A DNA stretch of 64,000 nucleotides from an uncultured Verrucomicrobiota bacterium (GCA_902560705.1 CACEMW010000001.1:20606-84605), one strand, 5' to 3'; counted from the stretch's first letter, positions 38,455-49,474 are shown. Numbers and translations: made by a program. The notes: generated from the letters alone by a model not told the origin.

Positions 38455-39159
38455 TCACGACCGAAAGGGCTGGTGTGTGGTCTCTTCGATTTCGTCATCT
38501 TCCAGAACACGACCGGGTTCAGGTGTCCCAATCCAATTCACACCCGCTTTGAGAAATCCAAGGGCCTCACTCTGTCGCATGATGGGACCTGTCACCTTAA
38601 ACTGAAAACCCTCAGGGCAGGACGCCTTGAGTTTCATAAAATCCTCAGGACTCAGGGGCTCAGGGCGGACACCACCCAGCAGCTCTATGACACCGACGCC
38701 AGATTCCCGGACCAATTCAATCGCCTGTTGAGCTTCATGCTCTGAGAAAAGACCCTGGCAAAACACTGATTTCACCGGCCGAGTCTCCGCCGCTTCAACG
38801 ACATCCCTTAACTCGCGGAACAGTCGCTTTGGCTGACCATCCTTCAGATGGATGGGGTTGAGAACCAGCGAGATTTCATCTGCCCCCAGATCAATGGCCA
38901 CTTCGGTTTCGAACCGCTTGACGTCCGAATCGGGCGCACCAAAAGGAAAACCGACGACGCAGCCGACCTTCACGTCAGAGTCTTCCAGGATCAGGTTGGC
39001 AGCGGCCACACGGCTGCTGTGCACGCTCACGCCATGAAGTCCCAACTGTGCCGCATGCTGGCACCGAAGCTTAATTTCCTCCAGAGGTGCGTCTGGCTTT
39101 AGCAATGTGTAGTCCAGGTGGACTGCCAAGCTGGAACTCCCTTGATCTTCGAATGCCAT
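38455..39159 (-). CDS. Deoxyribose-phosphate aldolase (DeoC/DERA) family TIM-barrel protein, non-canonical active site
   Basis: It aligns end to end with short DERAs as recalled: DYTLLKPDA, GCVVGFPFG, GADEISLVLN and FKVTGP...AGVNWIGT. However, EID is replaced by EIS, and FVKTSTG by VIELLGG. Confidence 0.7.
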   Translation of the reverse strand: MAFEDQGSSSLAVHLDYTLLKPDAPLEEIKLRCQHAAQLGLHGVSVHSSRVAAANLILEDSDVKVGCVVGFPFGAPDSDVKRFETEVAIDLGADEISLVLNPIHLKDGQPKRLFRELRDVVEAAETRPVKSVFCQGLFSEHEAQQAIELVRESGVGVIELLGGVRPEPLSPEDFMKLKASCPEGFQFKVTGPIMRQSEALGFLKAGVNWIGTPEPGRVLEDDEIEETTHQPFRS

Positions 39160-39169
39160 CCCGGGTTTT

Positions 39170-40153
39170 CTAAATCAAGTCAGCGACCATCGCCTTTTCC
39201 TCCAGCAGTTCGCCAACCGTAGCATCGATCTTACCCCGGCTAAAAGAATCTATCTCAAGGCCTTGAACAATCTCCAGATGGCAATCCCGGCTTCGTACTG
39301 GAAAGGAGCTGATCAGACCTTCCTCAACCCCGTAACTCCCATCGGAACAAAGACAAACGCTGTGCCAATCTCCATTCATGGTTGGATTGATCATGGATGC
39401 CACCGTGTCGACGACCGCGTTGGCTGCACTGGCCGCACTCGAGGCCCCACGCGCTTTGATGATGGCAGCGCCACGTTGTTGCACTGTCTTGAGGAAATCA
39501 CCTTCCAACCATTCGTGATCCTCAATCACGTCACGAACAGCCCGTCCCTGGATTTTAGCCTGTGTGAAGTCAGGATACTGAGTCGCTGAATGATTACCCC
39601 AAACAGCCAAATTGGTCACATCGACCACATCCACACTGGCTTTTTGAGCGAGTTGAGACTTGGCGCGATTTTCATCCAACCGCGTCATGGCAAACCATCG
39701 ATCCCGTGGGATATCACGCGCATTGTTCATCGCGATCAGACAATTGGTGTTACATGGATTACCCACGACCAAGGTGCGGATATCGGACGCCGCATTGCGT
39801 TCAATGGCCTTGCCCTGTCCGATAAAAATCTTGCCGTTGATGCCGAGCAAATCCTGACGTTCCATTCCCTGCTTACGTGGAACACTCCCCACCAGTAAGG
39901 CCCAATTCACGCCATTGAAGCCTTCATCAAGGCTGGCAGTGGGCACCATCCCCTTGAGCAAGGGAAACGCGCAATCATCCAACTCCATGCACACCCCTTC
40001 GAGAGCCGGAAGCGCCGGTTCAATTTCCAGAAGGTGAAGAATCACGGGCTGCTTCGGCCCAAACATCGCACCGGAGGCGATACGAAAAAGGAGGGAGTAA
40101 CCAATTTGACCGGCTGCACCAGTCACCGCAACACGAATAGGAGGAACTTTCAT
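39170..40153 (-). CDS. mdh: Malate dehydrogenase (LDH-like cytoplasmic/Thermus type)
   Basis: Start [28 protein letters not shown] at ATG 40153. Also VVGNPCNTN and WGNHS. Confidence 0.92.
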   Translation of the reverse strand: MKVPPIRVAVTGAAGQIGYSLLFRIASGAMFGPKQPVILHLLEIEPALPALEGVCMELDDCAFPLLKGMVPTASLDEGFNGVNWALLVGSVPRKQGMERQDLLGINGKIFIGQGKAIERNAASDIRTLVVGNPCNTNCLIAMNNARDIPRDRWFAMTRLDENRAKSQLAQKASVDVVDVTNLAVWGNHSATQYPDFTQAKIQGRAVRDVIEDHEWLEGDFLKTVQQRGAAIIKARGASSAASAANAVVDTVASMINPTMNGDWHSVCLCSDGSYGVEEGLISSFPVRSRDCHLEIVQGLEIDSFSRGKIDATVGELLEEKAMVADLI

Positions 40154-40235
40154 TTTAGTTTCAATGGATGGGGCGAAATTCTTCAAAAAATGACACCCTG
40201 AGAATGTTAGGTTGTCCACTCGACCCAAAGCAAGC

Positions 40236-41255
40236 TCAGAGACCGTCTGGCTGCAGTTGGGCCTTTTGCACAGAAATGCACCAGCGTTTCATCTCGTCCC
40301 ACATGTCCTCTTGAACTTGGTGGCCGACTTTGTCGAACAATTGCGATTTCAGGTTCTCTTCCTTGTGATGAAGGGCATAAATGTTACGGGCCAGGCCCAC
40401 GGCACGATCGATGCCCGCTCGAGGTGAAAGAGGGTCGCTGGCTCCGTTGATGAGAAGATGCGGACGCGGCGCACCCAGGGCCAAAATCAACTCAAGATCG
40501 CAATACTCCATCATGCCAGGAACATAAAAATACATCCCATGCCGGTGCAGGCACTGCTGTGCCAATAAATCCCGGTAACGCACAGCACATGCCAAGGAAA
40601 CAGCACCCGCCAAAACATCCTCAAGGGCCAATAACCATTGTGCGCGCGTGGCTCCCATGCTGACTCCTGCGACAAATATCGGTTGCCCTCTGACTTCGGG
40701 ACGCTGATTCAGATAACGCAGTGCCAATCGATCCTCCCAAAGCATTTGCCCAAAAAGGCTGCTCCCGTGCCAGAGAAAGTGTTTGGCGAGCGTGTGTTCA
40801 CCTTCTTGATCAAAATCACCACCACTTTCCGGGTCTCTTCCATTGCGTTCTCCAAAACCAAAGGCATCCATGCACAAAATGGACCATCCCATTTGGAGGA
40901 AGGTTTGGGCGGGAGAGTTGGGTGTGTGAAGATCTTCAAAAACTTCCTGTTTACCGACTCCATATTCACCACCATGCCAGTGCAGCCAAAGGACAGCCGG
41001 CCCCGGGTGCTCCTCATTCCTGGGGGTAATGAACCATGCAGGGATCCCCATTTCCCGACCATTATCGATCACGATTTTCTCGGCAACCCCCACACCGTGG
41101 GCTTCCTCCCGTTGGCAAGTTACATGGATCTTCCTGGGGAGCATCGGGAGGTGTCCAAGCCGGTTGCGAAGCCCCTCTCGAAAAGATTCCCTTTTCAGCT
41201 TCCAATCATTCAGTGAGGGGCTCCATGCCTCGAGATCAATGATGGGAGGTTTCAT
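40236..41255 (-). CDS. Alpha/beta hydrolase (acetyl-xylan-esterase / dienelactone-hydrolase-like)
   Basis: Nucleophile elbow [15 protein letters not shown]. The start ATG 41255..41253 overlaps the upstream TGA (ATGA). Confidence 0.7.
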   Translation of the reverse strand: MKPPIIDLEAWSPSLNDWKLKRESFREGLRNRLGHLPMLPRKIHVTCQREEAHGVGVAEKIVIDNGREMGIPAWFITPRNEEHPGPAVLWLHWHGGEYGVGKQEVFEDLHTPNSPAQTFLQMGWSILCMDAFGFGERNGRDPESGGDFDQEGEHTLAKHFLWHGSSLFGQMLWEDRLALRYLNQRPEVRGQPIFVAGVSMGATRAQWLLALEDVLAGAVSLACAVRYRDLLAQQCLHRHGMYFYVPGMMEYCDLELILALGAPRPHLLINGASDPLSPRAGIDRAVGLARNIYALHHKEENLKSQLFDKVGHQVQEDMWDEMKRWCISVQKAQLQPDGL

Positions 41256-42040
41256 AGGGTGACCGAATCGGTTAGGGCTTCCTGCAGTGGACGATCCTCT
41301 GGAGAGCAAAAACCTAAATGGGCATGCGGAACCCATCCCTCGGCCCATTCAAAAGATTGAGATTGCCGCCCCATCTGTCGGGTCGTCTCGACCATACTTT
41401 CGAGATAGGAGGACATTCCCTGGCTGCGGTCCAACCACTCCTGCTGGCTGCGATGAGCCTGCAAGGCCGCCTTTTTCCTCTCCATGACCGATCCAACGTT
41501 CACATAGAACGACCCGGAGATCCCCTCACCAAAAGGTGTCATCAGCCCATGTGGTAAGGCATGGTACAATGAAATGGGCTTTTCAATGGGGTCGACAGGT
41601 GGCTGGGTCCGGTAGTTGGGCATCCCTCTGGAAAAAGCAGCCGTCACCGAGAGACGGCAGGTATTCATATGATCTTCCATGTAATCCACGGGGTGATGAA
41701 TCAACAAAACATCTGGAGCTACCGTCCGAATCACCGCGCCAAGGCGGCGGATCAGCTCATCCCCATAAAAGATCTCAAGATCACGAGTCAGAGGTGGGTG
41801 CCAGTGCGCCTCCATGATTTCAGCGGCTTCCTGCGCTTCCTTTCTTCGAAGCTTGGCTGTTTGATCTGCATCGAGCTTCACACTGCCGCAGGACCCATCG
41901 GCAATATTCAAATAATGAACCTCCCAGCCTTTCAGGCGCAGGCACAACAAAGTCCCTGCCATCATGAATTCAATGTCGTCAGGGTGGGCGCCAATAGCCA
42001 AAACGCGCGGACGACTGGTCAGAGCCTCGCCCGCCATCAT
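41252..42040 (-). CDS. PIG-L / LmbE family N-acetylglucosaminyl deacetylase
   Basis: VLAIGAHPDDIEFMMAGT and HxxH-type downstream motifs. An alternative ATG at 42103 would overlap the upstream gene by 17 nt. Confidence 0.8.
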   Translation of the reverse strand: MMAGEALTSRPRVLAIGAHPDDIEFMMAGTLLCLRLKGWEVHYLNIADGSCGSVKLDADQTAKLRRKEAQEAAEIMEAHWHPPLTRDLEIFYGDELIRRLGAVIRTVAPDVLLIHHPVDYMEDHMNTCRLSVTAAFSRGMPNYRTQPPVDPIEKPISLYHALPHGLMTPFGEGISGSFYVNVGSVMERKKAALQAHRSQQEWLDRSQGMSSYLESMVETTRQMGRQSQSFEWAEGWVPHAHLGFCSPEDRPLQEALTDSVTL

Positions 42041-42086
42041 CTTGCACGACCTGGTTGATAGAACGCCTTGAACTCCATGCTCTGAT

Positions 42087-43121
42087 TCAGGCGGAAGGAA
42101 CATTCACAGTTTTGCCGCTTTGAGCCGACGCATCTGCCGCAAAAAGGATTTGATGTGTTCGCAGCGCATCCTTGATATCCGTTAAAGGCATCGGTCGTTT
42201 GCGTCGCACGGAGGAAAAAAAGGCCTCAAACTGGGTCTGGTAGGGGTGGTCAGAAACATCGCCGCTGTCCAGACACTTCATGCTTAACTCCGTCCACTTG
42301 TTTTTATCCAAACCGCCCAGCCGCTGGCTGTGAAGGCGATGGTCCAGAAGGCTCCCCTCGCTGCCAACCAAATGAGTATGGAAGTAATAAGGCTGCAGAC
42401 AATCAATCACCGAAGAGACTTTACCGACACGGCCATCACGAAATTGGAGCAACGTGACGCTGGTTGTAGGGTATTCATAGGCTCGAAAATCCTTGTTACG
42501 GGAAGAAGTGGCCATGCTTTGAACACGGACCACATCATGCCCCATGCAAAGAAGCAGTGCATCCAAAGCGTGACAGCCGGCCGACAGGAGGCTACTTCCC
42601 CCGGACTCCCTTTTGGTATTCCATCGATACTGCCCATACCAAGGCCCGATACCATGATAGTAATCAATTTCGCCGTAATGAATATCTCCCAGCAGGCCCT
42701 GATCAATGACCGACTTGGTCGTGAGGAACTGACTTGAAAAACGACACTCGAAGCAAATGCAGGATAACACGCCTGCGTCGGCGACAGCTTTTGAGATTGC
42801 CTTGCAGTCTTTCCAACTTAAGGCCATGGGTTTTTCCAAGATAATGTGTTTACCTGCTTTGGCAGCAGCCACTGCGTGGGACCGATGCTGGTGCGGGTAA
42901 CTGCAAATGGACACGACGTCGATCGAAGGATCTCCGAGTAGATCCTTTAGATGACGATAAACTCTCAGAGCCGCGCCGTGCTTGCGTCTTAATGCTGTCT
43001 CGTCCAGTGCCCGAGAGGAGCAAACCGCCACCACCTCGGCATCTCCACATGCTTCAATAGCCTCAATATGGGCCCCAGCCACCCAACCATAACCGATGAT
43101 ACCGACTTTGAGTTTTTTCAT
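42087..43121 (-). CDS. Gfo/Idh/MocA family oxidoreductase (cytoplasmic)
   Basis: MKKLKVGIIGYGWVAGAHI Rossmann N-terminus and EKPMA motif. Confidence 0.85.
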   Translation of the reverse strand: MKKLKVGIIGYGWVAGAHIEAIEACGDAEVVAVCSSRALDETALRRKHGAALRVYRHLKDLLGDPSIDVVSICSYPHQHRSHAVAAAKAGKHIILEKPMALSWKDCKAISKAVADAGVLSCICFECRFSSQFLTTKSVIDQGLLGDIHYGEIDYYHGIGPWYGQYRWNTKRESGGSSLLSAGCHALDALLLCMGHDVVRVQSMATSSRNKDFRAYEYPTTSVTLLQFRDGRVGKVSSVIDCLQPYYFHTHLVGSEGSLLDHRLHSQRLGGLDKNKWTELSMKCLDSGDVSDHPYQTQFEAFFSSVRRKRPMPLTDIKDALRTHQILFAADASAQSGKTVNVPSA

Positions 43122-43339
43122 GAAAAGTGTCCTTTAACTGAACAAAATGATCCTTTTATCCGCATAAGTCCAGCTCTGAGAAAACAGCCATTCAGCTTCA
43201 ATTCCCTCGTCGCATCATCTTTCCATCCCTGGCCAATCCATTGACTTCCTAACCGCCTCGCCACTGCTTTAGGACCGCCTGGGATCGGTCGTTATCAAGT
43301 CATTCATCTGGTATTGGCACTTCTTATGCTGGTAAATTT

Positions 43340-44785
43340 ATGGCAGAAAGGGAATCGTTGGCTGGCATCTGGGCAGGAAATGACATTATGGCGGAAAAAC
43401 CACAGCACGAAATCGCTAAAGACCTGAAGGAACTCTATGAAAGGGGAAAACAGGCCTATGAGCGCAACAACCTCGAATACGCCATACAACTTCAAGAATT
43501 GGTCTTAAAGCGGGAACCAGGTTTTTATGAGGCCAGGGAAGCTTTGCGAGCCACCCAATTTAAGAAACTGGATGAGCGAAAGGGTTTTCTGAAGAAACTC
43601 CTAGGATCCGCAGGATCGTCCCCACTGCTGGCCAAGGCCCAAATCGCCTTGCATACCAACCCAGCTGAAGCGCTCCATTTATGTGAGAGCGTTTTGAAGA
43701 AAGATCCGCATCACGCGGTGGCTCACAAAACGCTCGCGGCGGCTGCCATGAAATTGGAGTTACACAAAACGGCCGTGCTTTCGCTCGAACTGGCCTACAA
43801 GCAGTGCCCCGAGGACAAGGATATCGGCCTTCGCTTGGGAGAAGCCCTTGTAGCGACTCGAAACACAGGACGCGCTCAAAATATTCTGAAGGAACTCAAC
43901 CAGGCACACCCCAACGATTCAGAGATTTTTCAAGCCTACAAAGATTGCTCGGCAAACCACACCCTGCAGGAAGGACGCTACGAGGGGCTTGAGGGCGGGC
44001 AAGGATCCTATCGGGATATCCTTCGGGACAAAGAACAGGCCATCGTATTAGAGCAAGAACAGCGCACGGTTAAAACCGACGATGTGGCCCTTCGCATGAT
44101 TGAGGATCAGCTTGCTATTTTGAGTACCGAGCCTGGTCACCTCAAAGCGTTGCAGCGCGTTGCTGAGCTTTACTCGCAACTCGGAGACATCCCCAAAGCC
44201 AGAGAATACTACGAAGAACTTATCCTCCACACCGAAGGAATCCCGGACCCGATTCTCATGCGGGATATGGACCAGCTCGCCCTCAGGGAAATCGACCGAC
44301 AACTCGACTCCTTGAGCCAGAACGATACTCAACAGACTTCCGCACAACGCGCCGTTCTCTTGCAAGAGCGCTCCCAACTTGAATTGGCCCAGTGCCAAAA
44401 GCGAGCCAACCAATATCCGAACGACCTCCACATCAAATTTAAATTGGGTCAAATTCATTACCGACTGGAACAATACAAGGAGGCCATCCCCCTTTTCCAG
44501 AAGGCCCAAGCGAACCCAAATCTCAGGCTCAAAGCCCTCCATCATCTTGGGAAAAGCTTCTTCAAGCGCGGCATCACCGATCTCGCCCTGCAGCCCATTC
44601 TGACGGCCATTCAGGAAAAAGAAGTTTTTGATGATCAGAAGAAAGAGCTGCTCTATGACCTTGGGCTCATCCATGATCAGCTGGGGAATCAGGAGGAGGC
44701 CATGGAACAATTCAAGCTGATTTATGGACTGGATATCACCTACAAGGACGTGGCCGATCGGGTGGAAGCCTATTATCTTCAGTAA
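43340..44785 (+). CDS. TPR repeat protein
   Basis: Repeated TPR-like helices (for example YEEAI.LFQKAL..NP). No catalytic motif. Confidence 0.7.
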   Translation: MAERESLAGIWAGNDIMAEKPQHEIAKDLKELYERGKQAYERNNLEYAIQLQELVLKREPGFYEAREALRATQFKKLDERKGFLKKLLGSAGSSPLLAKAQIALHTNPAEALHLCESVLKKDPHHAVAHKTLAAAAMKLELHKTAVLSLELAYKQCPEDKDIGLRLGEALVATRNTGRAQNILKELNQAHPNDSEIFQAYKDCSANHTLQEGRYEGLEGGQGSYRDILRDKEQAIVLEQEQRTVKTDDVALRMIEDQLAILSTEPGHLKALQRVAELYSQLGDIPKAREYYEELILHTEGIPDPILMRDMDQLALREIDRQLDSLSQNDTQQTSAQRAVLLQERSQLELAQCQKRANQYPNDLHIKFKLGQIHYRLEQYKEAIPLFQKAQANPNLRLKALHHLGKSFFKRGITDLALQPILTAIQEKEVFDDQKKELLYDLGLIHDQLGNQEEAMEQFKLIYGLDITYKDVADRVEAYYLQ

Positions 44786-44902
44786 ATCACAAGATCTGGC
44801 CTCAACAGGAGACCAATCTCGAAACAAGGGTCTGCCAACCCCGCCTCAACCCTCAATCTTGTTGCAATCGGCTTAGAGGAAGTTACTGTAAGACACGATT
44901 TT

Positions 44903-47521
44903 ATGGGTGCTCTGATCAATCCAAAAACCCCGCCAAAACGTCGCACCCACCCTTTACTAGGGTTTCTTTATCTTTCCATCAGCCTCTGGTGGGCTCTTAC
45001 TGACGTCAGAAGCGACGCTTTCGAAGAGGCCCAAAGGTTGTGGCTCAGCGGCGAATACCAAGAATGCCTGGATGCTTGCCAGGAAGAGCTGGAAAGTAAC
45101 GAAAGCTTCAAGGAGAAATGGTATCTCCTGGGGATAGACGCTGCCATGGTACTTGGCCAATATGGAACGGCCAACTCCATCTTGGAAGATGGCCTGGAGG
45201 ATCGTCGAGTCAGCGGCATCAAGCTATTCCCTGCCGGACATCAAGTTGCCTTATTCAACAACCAGCAAGACATCGCCACCGAATATTTAGAAAAAAGCGT
45301 CCCTTACATCAACTCCGTGAGGTATTCCAACGTCGCACCCGACAGCCTGGTTTACCTCGGCCGAGCAGCCTTGATCCTGGAAGTCGATCCAAGAGTGGTG
45401 CTCGAGGTCTTTTACGACGCTGGCATGAAGGCGTCGCCCCCACTAAGGGATTCCTTTCTGGCTGCCGCTGATCTAGCACTCGAAAAAGAAGATTATGCGG
45501 TTACCGAAAATACTGTGAAGGAGGCGCTGGTTCATTTTCCAGACGACGCTGACCTGTTGTTCCGGTGGGCTCAGGCATTGGGTGGATCCGGAAATGACCA
45601 AATGGGTCAGGTTTTGAATCAGGCGCTGGAAGCCAACCCGTACCACATCGAATCGCTACTCTCATTGGTCGACCACTCCATTGATTCTGAGGATTACCAG
45701 CAGGCTGATGAGATTGTTCAGCGCATTTTCAGCATCAACCCACATCAGCCGGAAGCCTGGGCATACAAGGCTGTGATGGCACATCTGGAAAACGATCTCA
45801 ACGGTGAGCAAGAATACCGGCAAAAAGCACTTAAGCATTACACCGACAACCCAAAGGTCGACCACATCATCGGAAAGAAGCTATCCCAAAAATATCGATT
45901 CAAGGAAGGTGCCCTCTATCAGGAGGCATCGCTAAAACTTTCTGAAACCTACACACCCGCTCAGATGCAACTGGCTCAGGATTTCCTTCGCCTTGGAAAG
46001 GAATCGGAAGGGTGGGAGATGGCAGATTCCATCCATGAAAAAGATGTTTACAATGTTACCGCCTTCAATCTCATGCAGCTCAAAACGGTGATCGATGGGT
46101 TTACAACCCTTAGATCCCTCGATTTTATCCTGCGAATGGAACCTCATGAAGCGGACATTTTTGGAAATCAGGTCATGTCATTGCTCACTGAGGCAAAGGC
46201 AACCCTCTGCGATAAATACGACTTTGAATTGAATCACCCCATTGTCGTCGAAATGTTTCCCAATCAGAGTGATTTTGGGGTCCGCACTTTTGGCATGCCA
46301 CACAACCCAGGTTTTCTTGGCGTTTGCTTTGGGAATGTGATCACCGCCAACAGCCCTTCCTCGGCCATCGGTCACGATTCCAATTGGAAAGCGGTAATCT
46401 GGCATGAATTTTGCCATGTGATCACGCTGCACATAACCCAAAACAAAATGCCTCGCTGGCTAAGCGAAGGCATTTCGGTTTTTGAAGAATTGGAAAAGGA
46501 TCCCTCATGGGGGCAACACATGACCCCGGACTACCGACAGAGGATTCTAAGAGATTCCATGACCCCCATTGCCACCCTCAGTGCGGCATTTCTCAATGCC
46601 TCATCGGGTCAGGACATGCAATTTGCCTACTTCCAGTCATCATTGGTCGTGGCTTATATCGTTGAAGCCTATGGTTTGGATGCCTTGAAAGCCACTCTGC
46701 GGGATCTGGGCAAAGGCATCCCCATCAACAAGGCGCTTTCAACACACACCACCGAAGTGGAAGAGCTTGATCGCCTGTTTGTGGCCTGGGCCAAGGAAAG
46801 AGCCTCGCGTCTGGGGGAAACCCTGAATTGGGATGAACCGGATCCAGCCATCATTCAAGGGCGCCCCATTGAGGATCTTCTGGCTGCCACACCCAATAAT
46901 TATTACCACCTTACCGAGGCTTTGGCGCAACACGTGGCTGAGAAAAAATGGCAAAAAGCTCAAAATGTCGCCAAGTCTCTTCTTGAGGCCTACCCAGATC
47001 AAAGAGGCCTGAATGGAGCACTTTACCAGGCAGCTGTCATTGAATCGGCACTTGGCAATGTTGACCAAGCTTATGAACATCTGAAGGAACTAACCCGCAT
47101 TGATGGCGCTGTCGCCGACGCCTATATTCGCCTCATGGAGATGGCCATGGAAAAGCAGGACTGGAAAGTGTGTCGATGGGCTGCAGAGTGCTACCTGGCG
47201 GTCAATCCCTTGCTGGGTCGGGCATACGAAACCCTTATGATGGCCAATGAGGGTCTCCAGGACACCGAAGCTGCCATCGAGGCCGGCAAAAACGTGGTGA
47301 AACTCAACCCGCTGGACCCCGCCAAGGCGCACTACCAACTGGCACGCCTTCTTCACCCCGCTGATCCAGAAGAGGCGCGCACCCATGTGCTGCTTGCGCT
47401 CGAAGAAGCGCCACGTTACAGGGAGGCTCAAAATCTATTTTTGTCCATTCACCAACGCAAACAACCCACCAGGCCGAGGCAGGAAGCCGATTCAGAGACG
47501 CCTTCACCGCAAGCTCAATAG
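44903..47521 (+). CDS. TPR-repeat protein with embedded zinc-metallopeptidase (peptidase MA-like, HExxH) domain
   Basis: VIWHEFCHVITLH (HExxH) followed by WLSEGISVFEE. TPR-like repeats lie on both sides, and there is an N-terminal TM segment. Confidence 0.7.
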   Translation: MGALINPKTPPKRRTHPLLGFLYLSISLWWALTDVRSDAFEEAQRLWLSGEYQECLDACQEELESNESFKEKWYLLGIDAAMVLGQYGTANSILEDGLEDRRVSGIKLFPAGHQVALFNNQQDIATEYLEKSVPYINSVRYSNVAPDSLVYLGRAALILEVDPRVVLEVFYDAGMKASPPLRDSFLAAADLALEKEDYAVTENTVKEALVHFPDDADLLFRWAQALGGSGNDQMGQVLNQALEANPYHIESLLSLVDHSIDSEDYQQADEIVQRIFSINPHQPEAWAYKAVMAHLENDLNGEQEYRQKALKHYTDNPKVDHIIGKKLSQKYRFKEGALYQEASLKLSETYTPAQMQLAQDFLRLGKESEGWEMADSIHEKDVYNVTAFNLMQLKTVIDGFTTLRSLDFILRMEPHEADIFGNQVMSLLTEAKATLCDKYDFELNHPIVVEMFPNQSDFGVRTFGMPHNPGFLGVCFGNVITANSPSSAIGHDSNWKAVIWHEFCHVITLHITQNKMPRWLSEGISVFEELEKDPSWGQHMTPDYRQRILRDSMTPIATLSAAFLNASSGQDMQFAYFQSSLVVAYIVEAYGLDALKATLRDLGKGIPINKALSTHTTEVEELDRLFVAWAKERASRLGETLNWDEPDPAIIQGRPIEDLLAATPNNYYHLTEALAQHVAEKKWQKAQNVAKSLLEAYPDQRGLNGALYQAAVIESALGNVDQAYEHLKELTRIDGAVADAYIRLMEMAMEKQDWKVCRWAAECYLAVNPLLGRAYETLMMANEGLQDTEAAIEAGKNVVKLNPLDPAKAHYQLARLLHPADPEEARTHVLLALEEAPRYREAQNLFLSIHQRKQPTRPRQEADSETPSPQAQ

Positions 47522-47540
47522 CCTCCCTCGGTTGCCCATT

Positions 47541-48422
47541 ATGCCCTCTCCACTGAAAGGTATCGTGAGAAAAAAGAGGAGTATTTTTGGCAGACAGGAA
47601 AGCTTCTGGTGGGTCCTTACCATCCTCACAACCCACCTCCTTTGCGATTCTCCACGGGCTCAAGGAAACCGGCGATTCCAGCAGCCCAACGATGACCGCA
47701 GTGGCGTACCCACTTGGGAAATCGATCCTTCTCATCGTAGCGATTTGTTCACCTTTGCTCGCATTCAATATCGGTCGTGGAGTGACGGTTACAGCCGCTG
47801 GCGCAAGAAATGCATGATCGATTGGCCTGAAAGCGATTTGAATTTCTCCTACCGGCTTGAAGAGCTGACCTCCCTCAAGGTCGACCCTGATGGAACCGTG
47901 GTTTCACTAACCGACCCGACTCTTTTTGATTATCCCTTCGTTTACCTCATTGAACCGGGGGAAATGATTCTGGACCAGGAGGAGCAAGCTCAACTAAGAA
48001 AGTATTTACTCGGAGGGGGGTTCATGATGATCGATGACTTCTGGGGAACCCAGGAATACGCCCACCTCGAATCAACACTGAAAGAAGTCTTTCCAGATCG
48101 TTCGCCGCAGGAACTTCCAATCGAACATCCGATCTTTCACTTTGTCTTTCCCTTGGTAGAGAAGCCCCAGATTCCCAACGTGGGTCGCGGAACTGAAAGT
48201 CAGTATGATGGCATCACCTATGAACAATGGGATGCTCAAACACCCCACTATAAAGGAATGTTTGACGACGATGGCAGATTGATGATGATCATTTGTCACA
48301 ACACGGATCTGGGAGATGGATGGGAGTGGGAAGGAGCCAACGCCTACTACTTCCGGGAGTTTTCAGAGAAAAAAGCATATCCACTGGGTATCAACATCGT
48401 TATGTATGCGCTGACCCACTAG
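47541..48422 (+). CDS. DUF4159 domain protein
   Basis: I prefer the start at ATG 47541 (MPSPLKG...), which avoids a 137-nt overlap. Contains FTFARIQY..., DYPFVYLIEPG, GGFMMIDDFWG and the typical tail AYPLGINIVMYALTH. Confidence 0.75.
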   Translation: MPSPLKGIVRKKRSIFGRQESFWWVLTILTTHLLCDSPRAQGNRRFQQPNDDRSGVPTWEIDPSHRSDLFTFARIQYRSWSDGYSRWRKKCMIDWPESDLNFSYRLEELTSLKVDPDGTVVSLTDPTLFDYPFVYLIEPGEMILDQEEQAQLRKYLLGGGFMMIDDFWGTQEYAHLESTLKEVFPDRSPQELPIEHPIFHFVFPLVEKPQIPNVGRGTESQYDGITYEQWDAQTPHYKGMFDDDGRLMMIICHNTDLGDGWEWEGANAYYFREFSEKKAYPLGINIVMYALTH

Positions 48423-48452
48423 ACACAACCTTATTGACCACAGAGACACATC

Positions 48453-49469
48453 ATGGAGCCAACCCATAGCCCAGAACCCACCCATGCCGATATTCAGCAA
48501 AAAGTTGTTACCCAATTAAAGGAAAGCCGTCGACGCATTGAGGGAGAACTTCAGAAGGTCATCATCGGGCAGAAAGCACCCATTGAAGAGATTCTCATCG
48601 CGCTTCTTGCTGGAGGCAATTGCTTGATCACAGGTGCACCAGGGCTCGCAAAAACCCTACTGGTGAAATCCATCGCACAGGTTTTTGATCTTCGCTTTCA
48701 GCGCATCCAGTTTACCCCGGATTTGATGCCGACGGACATTACGGGCACGGAGATCCTTCAGGATTCCGAAGAAGGCCGAAAACTGACGTTTGTCCCGGGA
48801 CCCATCTTTGCGAACATGATTTTGGCGGACGAGATCAATCGCACACCCCCCAAAACCCAGGCAGCCCTCTTGGAGGCCATGCAGGAGCACCAGATCACGA
48901 CCGCGGGAACCCGGAGAGACCTCCCTCAACCGTTTTTTGTTCTTGCAACACAAAACCCCATCGAAATGGAGGGCACCTATCCTCTTCCCGAAGCCCAGTT
49001 GGACCGATTCATGTTCAACGTGGTGATCGACTACTTGCCTGAGGATGATGAGGTGGCTGTCGTCCGGCAGACCACAGCGGATACCTCTGAATCCATCTCT
49101 CCCATCTTCACAGCAGAGGATATCATTCAATTTCATCAAACCGTGCGCGCTGTGCCCATAGCCGATGACATGATCCGGCACGCAGTCAAAATTGCTGCCG
49201 CCTCACGCCCACAACAAGCCAACAGCCCGGAATTTATTAACAACTACGTGAGTTGGGGCGCAGGTCTTCGAGCCGCTCAGTTCATGGTGCTCGGTGCCAA
49301 GGTACGAGCTCTGCTGGAGGACCGATCACATGTTCTGATCGAAGACGTCAAGGCAATGGCCATCCCCACCCTCCGGCACCGTATCCTGACCAACTACCGG
49401 GCCGAGGCTGAATCCATTACCGTGGAATCCATCATCGAGCGCTTGCTGCAACACGTCGCCTCGGCCTGA
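48453..49469 (+). CDS. MoxR-family AAA+ ATPase
   Basis: Walker A GAPGLAKT, Walker B ILADEINR and VLATQNPIEMEGTYPLPEAQLDRF. Confidence 0.92.
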   Translation: MEPTHSPEPTHADIQQKVVTQLKESRRRIEGELQKVIIGQKAPIEEILIALLAGGNCLITGAPGLAKTLLVKSIAQVFDLRFQRIQFTPDLMPTDITGTEILQDSEEGRKLTFVPGPIFANMILADEINRTPPKTQAALLEAMQEHQITTAGTRRDLPQPFFVLATQNPIEMEGTYPLPEAQLDRFMFNVVIDYLPEDDEVAVVRQTTADTSESISPIFTAEDIIQFHQTVRAVPIADDMIRHAVKIAAASRPQQANSPEFINNYVSWGAGLRAAQFMVLGAKVRALLEDRSHVLIEDVKAMAIPTLRHRILTNYRAEAESITVESIIERLLQHVASA

Positions 49470-49474
49470 CCCGC

